In this document: positions 10,396 to 20,044 of the stretch, one piece after another
Numbering within the stretch: the stretch's first letter is position 1
Layout: each line of letters starts with the position of its first letter
Virus record (IMG/VR): IMGVR_UViG_3300032320_001837
Coordinates: 1 to 57,777 of that record
Direction: 5' to 3' (one strand)
Length of the DNA stretch: 57,777 nucleotides
DNA from: a virus
Lineage: Duplodnaviria > Caudoviricetes
Translations under genes and position numbers: made by a program
The notes under the pieces: model-generated
Databases searched by the model: none
Seen by the model: the letters and a program-made list of their open reading frames with translations, nothing else
What the model was told of the DNA's origin: nothing

Positions 10396-11153
10396 GCATT
10401 TCTCCAATCTTCGTTATAGCCTAATAAATCACTCGGAATCGTATTTTTATCTCTCTGATATTCATTCAATTGATCTATAATATCACTTGCTATCTTCTTT
10501 GATATTTTTCTATTGTTATCCACCTTGAATACATCCTTGAATAACTTTGATCCATTGATATTTAACTGCTTGCACTTAACGTCTATGAAATTATACTGAG
10601 CATCACTCATTCTACCTTGGTCATCATAATCTCCGCTCGTTGACGTTTTCTGCTTAGATATATCACGAACTATTTTAGCAGTATCTTTCTTGGTTAATTC
10701 TTCTGCCGCAACACCCTTGATCTTAAGTGCTTTCCTTAATGCTCTAGCTTCTGCTCTTGTGCTTGCAATGGCAACAGCATACGCACAAAACATATCATCT
10801 GTATTGCCCTCCCAAGCGTCAGCAACCTCTGAATAGGTAGACCCGTTAGCGAATGTTACTGTAAATACCACCGTGGCTCTTCCGTGATGATCTGGCGTTT
10901 GAACTGGAAAGACCTGTGTAGGCCCGCTAAAAACAACTTGGCCTATTACAAGCTCTGCTACGCGCCTTAAACCCGCAACTAGAGGATGACCATCAACAAG
11001 TTCGTCCTCACTAAAAAGCTGCATCGCAAATTCGTGCCACTCCTTAGATAGCATACTTGGAGCATCAGTTAGTACTACATTCTTAACGGACGTATCTGTA
11101 TTAGAAGGTGTTTGTAGTTCTTCAACTTGTTCGAACAAATTTTCATCTGTCAT
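10392..11153 (-). CDS. Rad52/Rad22-like single-strand annealing protein
   Basis: Beta-beta-beta-alpha pattern ATVVFTVTF...EVADA...AIASTRAEARALRKAL and C-terminal MSDAQYNFI...SKKIASDIIDQL helical module typical of phage annealases. Confidence 0.55.
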   Translation of the reverse strand: MTDENLFEQVEELQTPSNTDTSVKNVVLTDAPSMLSKEWHEFAMQLFSEDELVDGHPLVAGLRRVAELVIGQVVFSGPTQVFPVQTPDHHGRATVVFTVTFANGSTYSEVADAWEGNTDDMFCAYAVAIASTRAEARALRKALKIKGVAAEELTKKDTAKIVRDISKQKTSTSGDYDDQGRMSDAQYNFIDVKCKQLNINGSKLFKDVFKVDNNRKISKKIASDIIDQLNEYQRDKNTIPSDLLGYNEDWRNA

Positions 11154-11164
11154 TAGTTTCCCTT

Positions 11165-11932
11165 TCATAATTCAATTTCAATATAGCGATTAGATTCCTC
11201 TGGATAATTATCCTCAATATTCTTGAGTACGCTTAATAGAGATTGCTTTAGCTTGTCTTTATTAGCATACGTTAGATTGTAGTTAAGGTGCTTGATCCTT
11301 ATCATAACAAAACCTTTACCTAAAACAAGCCCATTTTTTTCCATGTCAGACTTGATTTGTTTTCTTAACTTTTCTTCACCCCATATAGGCTCAAAGTGAG
11401 AAGGCCCGTCTACCTCTATTATAGCCTTGAGTGCAGGAATGTACATATCCACTTCCAGCTTATTGCCCGTCACAAGATTGTCAATATGGTATAGAGCATT
11501 GTATCCATTTTGTTTTAATATTGATCTCAGATATTTTTCTAACTTCGATCCCTCTTTACTTGCACGTTGTATTTCTACTAATGCTCTTTGACGCATTTTT
11601 TCTTTATCTATATCAGATAAATTATTCCATCTTTCACGCGCCTTATTGCATCGTTCTTCATATTTTTCTGAAGTTATATCTTCCCAACTTTTACTCAATC
11701 CTTTACTGATTTTTAATTTTTCTACATCAGTTCTTTTTCTACCAAGGGTTGGTATTACAGAAATTCCCTTTTCTAATGCAATTTTTTGAGCTTCGCTCTT
11801 ATCTCTAAGTTCTATACCTAGTTTCTTGAGCCTTCTCCTAACTTTATTAGGATATGTATTAAGAATCCTAGATATTTCATAAGGACTATTACCTTCATTA
11901 TACAGTTTAATCAAGTCACTATCTATTATCAT
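11165..11932 (-). CDS. Putative homing endonuclease: N-terminal HTH, basic linker, Vsr/DUF559-like nuclease domain
   Basis: LYNEGNSPYEISRILNTYPNKVRRRL HTH; SKLE...EVDMYIP...IIEVDGPSHF catalytic pattern. Confidence 0.65.
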   Translation of the reverse strand: MIIDSDLIKLYNEGNSPYEISRILNTYPNKVRRRLKKLGIELRDKSEAQKIALEKGISVIPTLGRKRTDVEKLKISKGLSKSWEDITSEKYEERCNKARERWNNLSDIDKEKMRQRALVEIQRASKEGSKLEKYLRSILKQNGYNALYHIDNLVTGNKLEVDMYIPALKAIIEVDGPSHFEPIWGEEKLRKQIKSDMEKNGLVLGKGFVMIRIKHLNYNLTYANKDKLKQSLLSVLKNIEDNYPEESNRYIEIEL

Positions 11933-12359
11933 AAACCACCTTTACTAGTCCAACTAAATCTTGACAAGGTTCTAGAGACTCATAACCAGTTAATCTGTGA
12001 AACTCTTTCTTATGCTCTTCTGTACTTGGGATAATCTTACATCCCCTATTGACAACATTAAATAGTGATAGGGTATTTCTAATATTTGCTGGTTCATAAT
12101 ACAAAAATGTCGTGAACTTATTAATTATTTTGTCCGTTTTTAACCATGAGTCTTCAGAAAAAACAATTAAGTTACCAGTAAATGACCATAGTTCAGTAGA
12201 ATTGAAAAGGGCAACATCGTAACCAAAAGGAAATGGTCCGACATTATCATAAAATATAGATATGTTTGATAGATACTTTTTATTTATTTGCGTTTCAGTC
12301 ACCACCTTGTTAACTAATTCTTGATCTTGCAGATTGTTTATGTAAAATCCTATGTTCAT
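11919..12359 (-). CDS. Hypothetical protein, possibly a glycosyltransferase-like Rossmann half-domain
   Basis: MNIGFYI start resembles GT-B N-termini; last gene of the coupled GT cluster. Confidence 0.45.
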   Translation of the reverse strand: MNIGFYINNLQDQELVNKVVTETQINKKYLSNISIFYDNVGPFPFGYDVALFNSTELWSFTGNLIVFSEDSWLKTDKIINKFTTFLYYEPANIRNTLSLFNVVNRGCKIIPSTEEHKKEFHRLTGYESLEPCQDLVGLVKVVYDNR

Positions 12360-13174
12360 AGATATTCTTCTCCAAATGTTACTAATTCTTTAATATGGTT
12401 ATTCTTTACATAATCCTTGTATTTTTTGACTTTTTCTATATCGTCATAAATTAAAGGATCTATCTCTATTCCATCATAAATTTCTAACGGTGTGTCAATT
12501 TCACAAAAATCTAAATTGTTAACAACTGGATCATAGCGTGAGTTTATATACGGTATTGGGTATTTGTATTCATGAAATTCAAAGTGTTTATACCAAAGTT
12601 GTTTGAGGGCATAAAACTTTTTATTAATCGCCTGTAAATGTATAAATCCAATATCTTTTGTCTGTTTGGTGGGTAGATTTATATTTGGCGTTCTTGGCGT
12701 ATGCATCAACATATTACAATTATATCTATCTGTTTGATTCATTGGAGCTATAAAAGACTTATAATTGCTATGATAGCAAGGATCATTTCTCACTTTACTT
12801 ATGCCCCCAACGACGTTAAACCAAAAGCATTGTAAATTATAATCTAAGTTTTCTAATAGTATTGATCTTAAATTTTTTTGAAAATTGGATGATAACAATT
12901 CATCAGCGTCTATACAAATAGATACATCAGCTTTATTATCTCTAGAATATTCTAACATTCTATTTCTAATATATGTTTCATTAAAAAATTCTAATTTGTC
13001 ATTTATAATTATTGACTTATCTCCAAGTTCACGATTGATTATATCTAACGAGTCATCGGTTGAATTATCATTATAAAAAATCCACTTATCAATATCATAA
13101 TCCTTCCAATACTTAATTACTTCATTCAAGATTATGGCTTCATTTTTAAATGTAACATTTGCATGAATAATCAT
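12356..13174 (-). CDS. Glycosyltransferase, GT-A fold (family 2-like)
   Basis: FKNE...NDNSTDDS and CIDADE DxD motif. Confidence 0.85.
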   Translation of the reverse strand: MIIHANVTFKNEAIILNEVIKYWKDYDIDKWIFYNDNSTDDSLDIINRELGDKSIIINDKLEFFNETYIRNRMLEYSRDNKADVSICIDADELLSSNFQKNLRSILLENLDYNLQCFWFNVVGGISKVRNDPCYHSNYKSFIAPMNQTDRYNCNMLMHTPRTPNINLPTKQTKDIGFIHLQAINKKFYALKQLWYKHFEFHEYKYPIPYINSRYDPVVNNLDFCEIDTPLEIYDGIEIDPLIYDDIEKVKKYKDYVKNNHIKELVTFGEEYL

Positions 13175-13209
13175 TAGTTTTCCAATCTATATCTCTTGTG
13201 TTACTGAAT

Positions 13210-13956
13210 TTAGAGTAAGTCTTTATTTGCCCAAAAAAAACTTTCTATTGTATATTGATTTGGCGTTCTACTTTGACATATTAGAGGCATATTTGTTGTT
13301 CCATGTATTTTTCCATTTTTCATATCAACTAAATATTTATTTCTAAACATAAATTGTCTATTAAAAGTTGAATATTTACCATAAACAGTCTGCATATTCT
13401 TACAAGCTCCATTATATTCGATATGATTTATGACATTATCTATCTGTATTGATGGAAACTCTTTATTATATTTTTCTCCCCATCTAAATTCCATATCTCC
13501 ATCCTCTTCTCCAATTCCCAAGAATCTCTCGTCAAACCAACCTAATTCGTTTATAATAGCCCTATCTACAAAATAGTGACTCCAACTTCCATTAATTTTA
13601 AATGTGTTATTATGATTATGATTTTCTAGATCATCAAAGAACTTTTCGCTTGTAATAGAGATGTCATCGTTTAATATGAGCATTTTATCACAAGGAGAAT
13701 GTATAAGCAGTGTATTCCAAAGCTTAGATAATCCCCTAAACACAGGGAATATAATTGGGAATACTTTATTTACTTTTGAGCAATAGTCTAAAATATTTGC
13801 TCTGTATTCTTCGTTAAAATTTTCTTTATAATTTCCATTAATGGTGACAACAATAGGAATATCTGGTCTATATTCTTTGATGCTATTAACCAGTTTAACG
13901 AAATAACTATTGAATCTATAATCATAAGTTGTTATACCAATACAATATTTAGTCAT
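13210..13956 (-). CDS. Glycosyltransferase family 2
   Basis: IGITTY, ILNDDI, GWFDERFLGIGEEDGDMEFR motifs; start moved to MTKYC at 13956. Confidence 0.85.
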   Translation of the reverse strand: MTKYCIGITTYDYRFNSYFVKLVNSIKEYRPDIPIVVTINGNYKENFNEEYRANILDYCSKVNKVFPIIFPVFRGLSKLWNTLLIHSPCDKMLILNDDISITSEKFFDDLENHNHNNTFKINGSWSHYFVDRAIINELGWFDERFLGIGEEDGDMEFRWGEKYNKEFPSIQIDNVINHIEYNGACKNMQTVYGKYSTFNRQFMFRNKYLVDMKNGKIHGTTNMPLICQSRTPNQYTIESFFWANKDLL

Positions 13957-14647
13957 TTGTAATTTTTTCTGTAGGAAAACCCAAAGCCTTTCTCTTATTA
14001 TATACCTCTCCATCTCTTCCAGAAAAGAATAAAGTCTTTTTTGCAGAGAAATCTAGATCTCCAGAATTAATATTACCTTCTCTAGAATAATGTTCATGCT
14101 TTATAATGATATCTGGCAAGTACTTTACTTTGCTCAAAGCCTTGACAACTTCTGTGAATTCATTATCACAATATAGACTTTTATAGTCTGGATGATATAT
14201 ATAACCAAAATAATCGTATAATTTTTTGCCTAGTATAGACAGTGTGATCAAATTGTTTTCCGTATACCCATCATTAAAATGCAAAGCTCCATCCAGATTT
14301 GGGAAGTATTCTTGCATAGCACAACATATGTATTCATCCCACTTGTCAACCACTGGTATCATATCATCAGAAGCACATAATACAACGTCAAAATCTACAT
14401 CAATTTTATCGTTTATAGCACTTATTTTGTTGGACTTTTCTAAGTAGTTAATTCTATATGTGGCTTTATTGATTACGCTTTTGATTGACTGCCTTGTAGA
14501 ATCATTATTCATCGATCCATCATCTATATCACAGTTGATATTAAAAAATATATCATTGTGATCACCGCACAAATTATCATATTTTGCTATACAGTTTAAG
14601 AACTTTTCTTTTCTGCACAGCGTGGGAAATTGTACTAATAATTTCAT
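13949..14647 (-). CDS. Glycosyltransferase, GT-A fold (family 2-like)
   Basis: LLVQFPT, CASDDM, YCDNEF and IKHEH motifs. Confidence 0.8.
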   Translation of the reverse strand: MKLLVQFPTLCRKEKFLNCIAKYDNLCGDHNDIFFNINCDIDDGSMNNDSTRQSIKSVINKATYRINYLEKSNKISAINDKIDVDFDVVLCASDDMIPVVDKWDEYICCAMQEYFPNLDGALHFNDGYTENNLITLSILGKKLYDYFGYIYHPDYKSLYCDNEFTEVVKALSKVKYLPDIIIKHEHYSREGNINSGDLDFSAKKTLFFSGRDGEVYNKRKALGFPTEKITND

Positions 14648-15486
14648 AGTGTTTCTATCTTAGTTGCAATCTCATGGTTAAAATTTGAAAATATCGCTTT
14701 TACTCTATTCGCACCCGTATGCTTATTCTTAATGTGTTCCTGTATATCTTTCCACTGGTAATCTTCTTTATTATTAATATCAAAAGTATTTTCTGATTTA
14801 GTTATATTTTTAATAGCCTGCTTAATCTTTTCATTATTTGTCTGGTAATACGTTGGCACTCCATGATATAAGCTAGTATAAAAAGCTTGAGACACTATAT
14901 TACTATCATCATAAATGGCAAAATTTCTATATTTAGTACATAGAGTTGGTACTTCTAATATAGTACTCTTTATGTCGGAGTTTTGCGATGTTCCAATGAT
15001 GTGATATGTTGAAAAATCAGAAGGAACTTTTACTTCTTTGTTTATACTATAGCAACCTAGATCTATCTTGTATTCAGGAATTTGATTAATAATTGGGTTA
15101 TATGGATCAAAACCTAATGGTATATATTGTAGATTGATTTTTGACTTTAGATTTTTGTTTATCTCATTAGTATATAATAGTGGGCAATTAATATTTTGAT
15201 CTTTGACAAGATTATTGATATTGTTTATGACATCTTGATTGAGTCCAGTTACATTAAATACGCACTCTATATTCTTGTTACTGGATATATATTCTACAGT
15301 ATCTTTTTTCAAGAATGAAGCATGTGTAAAAAATACATCTGGTTTTACGGTATCAAAAATATCATATGCACTTATATTATTCTTCCAATATGCTGCACTA
15401 CACCCACTAATTCTATTTATAGTTTCTGTAATATACATAGACTCAGTACTAAATGCTGTGACATAATTTTGTACAATAGCCTTCAT
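14644..15486 (-). CDS. Divergent GT-B-like protein
   Basis: KPDVFF and C-terminal KNKHTGANRV resemble CgeB-like GT-B proteins; no clear E-x7-E motif. Confidence 0.45.
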   Translation of the reverse strand: MKAIVQNYVTAFSTESMYITETINRISGCSAAYWKNNISAYDIFDTVKPDVFFTHASFLKKDTVEYISSNKNIECVFNVTGLNQDVINNINNLVKDQNINCPLLYTNEINKNLKSKINLQYIPLGFDPYNPIINQIPEYKIDLGCYSINKEVKVPSDFSTYHIIGTSQNSDIKSTILEVPTLCTKYRNFAIYDDSNIVSQAFYTSLYHGVPTYYQTNNEKIKQAIKNITKSENTFDINNKEDYQWKDIQEHIKNKHTGANRVKAIFSNFNHEIATKIETL

Positions 15487-16184
15487 TAAATTCCTCCAAA
15501 ATTATTGATAAAGTGTGTGTGTAGTTTGTGTTTCTTTAATTCTATTAGATCGTTTAGTGCTTCGAATATAAACTTTTTCTTATAAGCTTTACTAGATACT
15601 ATGCTTCTTAATGTATTTATGCTATGTATATTATTTATCCAAAACACTTCCATCCATGAGTTATTTAGACCAAACCCTAAGTGGTCTAAGTTTTGTTTCT
15701 CATTAGATATTACTCCAACTTCGAATCTTTGGTCTAGTGGCCCAATAATAATTCCAGATTTAGAAAAGTCTATTTTTGAAAGATTGTGAAGCGGAAATAA
15801 GGTTCCCCCTTTAATAACAACCACTCTGTCGTTATTTATGTTATTTAGGCACAATCTAAGACTCTCTGAATCATTAGTATCATTAGCAGAGTAATTTTCT
15901 ACAAATCTTATATTCTTTGAGCTATGTGTTTCTTTAATGTGACTCAATAAATCATGCTGTTCGTTATTTATCGATATGATAATCTCTGTCATCTTGAAGT
16001 TTTCTAGTATATATGATAGCTGTATATCAATTATAGACTTGTTCTTTACAGTAGATAAATATGAGATATTTGTAGATTTTTTATCTCTATTTATTTTATC
16101 TGCTAGAATAATGACGCTAATGAGACGATCCTTAGTAACGTTCTCATTTTTTATTATATGTATGTGTTTTTTTGTTACACTCAT
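15486..16184 (-). CDS. Sugar-nucleotidyltransferase-like (GT-A) protein with degenerate motifs
   Basis: SVIILA...KSIIDIQL...EIIISI...IRFVEN...ESLRL layout matches NTP transferases but the LAAGxGxR loop is absent. Confidence 0.55.
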   Translation of the reverse strand: MSVTKKHIHIIKNENVTKDRLISVIILADKINRDKKSTNISYLSTVKNKSIIDIQLSYILENFKMTEIIISINNEQHDLLSHIKETHSSKNIRFVENYSANDTNDSESLRLCLNNINNDRVVVIKGGTLFPLHNLSKIDFSKSGIIIGPLDQRFEVGVISNEKQNLDHLGFGLNNSWMEVFWINNIHSINTLRSIVSSKAYKKKFIFEALNDLIELKKHKLHTHFINNFGGI

Positions 16185-16933
16185 AGTTTTTTGTAATATC
16201 CTACATCTTTAGATATTTGTATGAAATTGTCTAATGAAATCCAGTAACTTGGGCATGTATTAAGATAATCCCTAAAGCCTTTGGTTAGAGCAAATACATT
16301 CTTGTCCGCTTCAATGACAGAAAGTTTTTCCATTTTACTAGTTACTAAATCATTTATAGTGTGCAGAATAGACAAATCAAATAGATTTATATCAGTCACA
16401 GTGTAATATAGAAAATTATTAGCTATATCGTGTTTCATGACTTGTCTAACAAATGAATTGAACGAATCATCTACATAGTTCATTGTAATAGTTTTAATCG
16501 GCACACTTGTAAGCTTATGAAATAAATACAACACATTATGTATATTCTTAGAAGTTACTGCGCTGGCTAATACTATAGTCAACTTAGATGTTTCATAGTT
16601 AGATGAAATTATTCTGTCGAAGATTTTATCAGCAATTTCTTTGGTCATATTGTTTGTATCTATTATAATACCAAAAGTCAATGCCACTTCCTTTAATACT
16701 AAACTAGTATCTAATACGCCATTGTTCCATTCTTGATTTCTATAACCATTACATATTCTAGTTATGATATATGATTTTTTTTCTTCTTGTTGAAGTTCAT
16801 ACGCTTCATTTCTTGCTATAAAATGATCTAATCGCTTTATTGCGCAATCAGTTTGCTCATTGTTTTTATAAATTGCACAAATGCAATCTAAGCAGTTAGT
16901 TTGATAACGCTTTTCTTCTTGACGAGATTTCAT
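16181..16933 (-). CDS. Hypothetical protein with Cys-rich N-terminus and possible GT-A-like region
   Basis: CLDCIC...C...C; coupled within the GT cluster. Confidence 0.5.
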   Translation of the reverse strand: MKSRQEEKRYQTNCLDCICAIYKNNEQTDCAIKRLDHFIARNEAYELQQEEKKSYIITRICNGYRNQEWNNGVLDTSLVLKEVALTFGIIIDTNNMTKEIADKIFDRIISSNYETSKLTIVLASAVTSKNIHNVLYLFHKLTSVPIKTITMNYVDDSFNSFVRQVMKHDIANNFLYYTVTDINLFDLSILHTINDLVTSKMEKLSVIEADKNVFALTKGFRDYLNTCPSYWISLDNFIQISKDVGYYKKL

Positions 16934-17324
16934 AATATATGTCCTTCATGGTAATTTTTTCTACTGTTATTCCAGACGATTTAAGTATGTGTCGTATTTC
17001 CGACAAGTCAGATATGAAGACTTTATCTTCTATGATATTAGCATATTGTTCCATATTGATATTTCCACTTAGTACATACTGTGATAAAGTGCGCAAATCT
17101 ATTCCACTTAACACTAATTTGCACCCATATCGCATCTTAGAAAGTATGGAGTTAAATGCTTCAGATAAGTCAGCCAGCTTAATTTTTTCAAGCCCATCGA
17201 TAAAGATAATTTCTTCACATGAATTATTAGATATATCTTCAAGGTTAAACTTCCCATTATTTACTGCTATTGTTTCATAGCCACTTATATTTTTACCTAC
17301 ATCGCTCGTAATATATAGTTTCAT
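16896..17324 (-). CDS. Truncated class I SAM-methyltransferase-like protein
   Basis: LEDISNNSCEEIIFIDGLE...SKMRYGCKLVLSGID parallels the FxDNSxDxI...LKPGGxL pattern; motif I GxGxG missing. Confidence 0.5.
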   Translation of the reverse strand: MKLYITSDVGKNISGYETIAVNNGKFNLEDISNNSCEEIIFIDGLEKIKLADLSEAFNSILSKMRYGCKLVLSGIDLRTLSQYVLSGNINMEQYANIIEDKVFISDLSEIRHILKSSGITVEKITMKDIYYEISSRRKALSN

Positions 17325-18310
17325 GTTTGTTCCTCATAAGTTTCATCAAATACATTATTCCAACTGCTTATAAATGCTGATAAAGAAAATCTATTTTCAA
17401 TAGTTTGTCTAGCATTGTTTCCAATAGTATTTCTTAATTCTTTGTCTGCTAATAGCTTAACGATATATGATCTTAGTTCAGATTCATCGTTAGATATAAA
17501 TCCATTTACGCCATTATCTATGATTTCTGGAATCATACATGTCGCAGTAGATACAACTGCACAGCCACAAGACATTGCCTCTAACAATGACATGGGTATA
17601 GGACTTAGTGTAGAAGTGTTGAGATACACTCCACACTCATTATACGCTTTGACAAGCTCTTCTGTATCCTTTGCTGGTTGGGATAAGCCTTTAGTATCTC
17701 CAATCAGTTTAGCGAATAATCCACTTGTTATTCTTTCCCACCCAGAATAATTAAGACAATAGTCTCTCTTTATAAAATCATTAGCTACTGTAAGTGTATG
17801 ATCCTGTTTTACAGAATTGTTATCCTTAAATGTCTCTGTATCTAAGCCATGATGTATTATCTTTGTGTTATATGTAATACCCCAAGCGTTTTTAGAATAT
17901 TCAGATATAAATACATTTTTGTTGCCAATCATCTGCCTCATTTGATCAAATTGTTCTTTACTAATAGTCTGTGGCGTTGGCACGGTGTGTTCTAAAACGA
18001 TAATGGGCAACTGTAGCCTCTCGTTTATTTGTTGAGCCACTTGATACTGCCAGAATTTACTTTGAACTAATATAAAGTCAAAATCAAGATAACTTGAAAC
18101 TTCATTTTCTGGTAAAATGTGATAATTGGCTGGAACATCCACCTGTTCCTTATTCCATTTTTTGCTTCCCTTAAGATGGAATGAATAAAACTCATGCCCA
18201 GTTTTACATAGCTGAGTCTCATACCTTTCGTGCGTAGGGAATGTTAATATCCTATACTTCTCTGGCTTTGCACTATTAGCCAGACTAATTATCTTGCCTA
18301 ATTTACTCAT
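17321..18310 (-). CDS. Glycosyltransferase family 4 (GT-B)
   Basis: YLNTSTLSPIPMSLLEAMSCGCAVVST...EIIDNGVNGF; start moved to MSKLG at 18310. Confidence 0.9.
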   Translation of the reverse strand: MSKLGKIISLANSAKPEKYRILTFPTHERYETQLCKTGHEFYSFHLKGSKKWNKEQVDVPANYHILPENEVSSYLDFDFILVQSKFWQYQVAQQINERLQLPIIVLEHTVPTPQTISKEQFDQMRQMIGNKNVFISEYSKNAWGITYNTKIIHHGLDTETFKDNNSVKQDHTLTVANDFIKRDYCLNYSGWERITSGLFAKLIGDTKGLSQPAKDTEELVKAYNECGVYLNTSTLSPIPMSLLEAMSCGCAVVSTATCMIPEIIDNGVNGFISNDESELRSYIVKLLADKELRNTIGNNARQTIENRFSLSAFISSWNNVFDETYEEQT

Positions 18311-19415
18311 TGATATAATCCTTAATAAGTTTTCCAATATTTTCATATGAGAACTTTTTACCTTGCTCAAAACCACAGTCTTTATTGATATTATCTCTAT
18401 TCTCATAGTAATATCTCATTGCGGCTTTTATTTCTCTTTCGCTAGGAACAAACCACTCTTCTTTTCCTGTAAAGATAAAATCAAAAGCTGCATCTTGTTG
18501 GCAACAGACCGAATAAACACCATTGACTAATGTGCCACAATTTTTATCATTACTTATGTATTCTTTTGGGCCACCTTCATTGCAAGCAATTGGGGTATTT
18601 CCAAAACACATTGCGTCAAATGTAGGTATAGACCACGCTTCTCCGTGCGATACGTTTATAAAGCAATTACATGAACTGTGAAGGCTTAAGATTTGTTCTT
18701 CTTTAAGCGAACCACATATAATAATCTCTTGCTTGTATCTATTTAGATCTTTATGTATTCTTAACTTCTTTTTTATATCAGAACAAAATTCGTTTACATA
18801 TCTAAAAAGTACTTCGTCACTAACGCCATACTTCTTTACTTTTAATACCAAGTCTACGTTGTCATTTTCTTGAAACTCTGAGTGGAAAGACTTGATTATA
18901 CTCTCTAAATTCTTACGCTCATTTAGATCTAAAATGGTATAGAACTTAAATGTAGATAGGTCTGGAAATGCTATATTATTGTAGAATCCCCTGTACTTTA
19001 TCATATCAAATGTATGTGGAACTACTTTAACATTAACTAGACCGTCTGATATTAATCTGTTTTTTGCATCAGTGTTAGGAACCCAGACTTCATCCATTTG
19101 TTTGAGTACACCCAACCACGGTACATGCTTAATTGTACTTGACTCAAAAACAAAGTACGCAATATTCTTATTGAATTTTTCTGTAGGTACTAAGTGGTGT
19201 GGCAAAACGTGTTGAATGCAAACATCTATATCTTGCGCATGTTTTTGCTCAAGTTCCAAAATTCGTTTAGGTAAATTTTCAACACTATCATTTGTAAGCG
19301 TGATATTTCTACAAACCACATTTTCTCCCGCCGCATCTAAAGCTAGAATATAATCTATCGCTGCTTGTGACCAACCACTACTCTCTTTGTAATGTCCAAT
19401 GTATAATATATTCAT
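18303..19415 (-). CDS. Glycosyltransferase family 4 (GT-B)
   Basis: MNILYIG, ERKN, INVSHGEAWSIPTFDAMCFG motifs. Confidence 0.85.
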   Translation of the reverse strand: MNILYIGHYKESSGWSQAAIDYILALDAAGENVVCRNITLTNDSVENLPKRILELEQKHAQDIDVCIQHVLPHHLVPTEKFNKNIAYFVFESSTIKHVPWLGVLKQMDEVWVPNTDAKNRLISDGLVNVKVVPHTFDMIKYRGFYNNIAFPDLSTFKFYTILDLNERKNLESIIKSFHSEFQENDNVDLVLKVKKYGVSDEVLFRYVNEFCSDIKKKLRIHKDLNRYKQEIIICGSLKEEQILSLHSSCNCFINVSHGEAWSIPTFDAMCFGNTPIACNEGGPKEYISNDKNCGTLVNGVYSVCCQQDAAFDFIFTGKEEWFVPSEREIKAAMRYYYENRDNINKDCGFEQGKKFSYENIGKLIKDYINE

Positions 19416-20044
19416 TTGATAAGATTCCTTAGTACTTCTTCTTTTAATTTAACTTGATCTTTTAAATTTCCATGAGTTGAGCTAATATTACACGCATGAT
19501 ATATAAACTTGCCTTCGTGATTAAAAGCTTGTGCTGGAAATATTTCTGTATGTTCTAAAATGTCATGATGATTACATTTCAACATACGCTGTAGTATTGG
19601 TTGTTCATATGATACAAATCCTGTATTTTTTCCCTGTTGGATCATTTCGTTAATAATTTCTAAGCTATAAGAACTGTTTTTGAAAATTACAGAACCAATA
19701 TTAATATTCCAATATCTTTCTCGCGGGTCACAATTGGTATGGCATAGTAATATATCAGCTTTTTCCCTTGACATACTAATGATGTTCCTTATGTCGATAC
19801 TTTGATCTACTACAATAGCATCAATATCAAGTAAAAAAATCCAATCGTGGGTTTTTTCTTCTAGTAATTGTTTAACTAAGAAGATCTTGTCCCAATATTT
19901 TTTACTTATAGATTCCTCGCTAGATGTCTTTACTACCTTATAGTCTATCCCATGCTTATCAAAATAAACTTTATTATGTGGATATACTATATTGTATATG
20001 TCTTGAAAATTATCTTCATAATTAGAAATACATATCAGCTTCAT
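19412..20044 (-). CDS. Glycosyltransferase resembling GT34 (GMA12/MNN10-like)
   Basis: WDKIFLVKQLL, DWIFLLDIDAIV, NIGSVIFKN and YEQ motifs; ATG at 20044 overlaps the upstream stop. Confidence 0.7.
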   Translation of the reverse strand: MKLICISNYEDNFQDIYNIVYPHNKVYFDKHGIDYKVVKTSSEESISKKYWDKIFLVKQLLEEKTHDWIFLLDIDAIVVDQSIDIRNIISMSREKADILLCHTNCDPRERYWNINIGSVIFKNSSYSLEIINEMIQQGKNTGFVSYEQPILQRMLKCNHHDILEHTEIFPAQAFNHEGKFIYHACNISSTHGNLKDQVKLKEEVLRNLIK

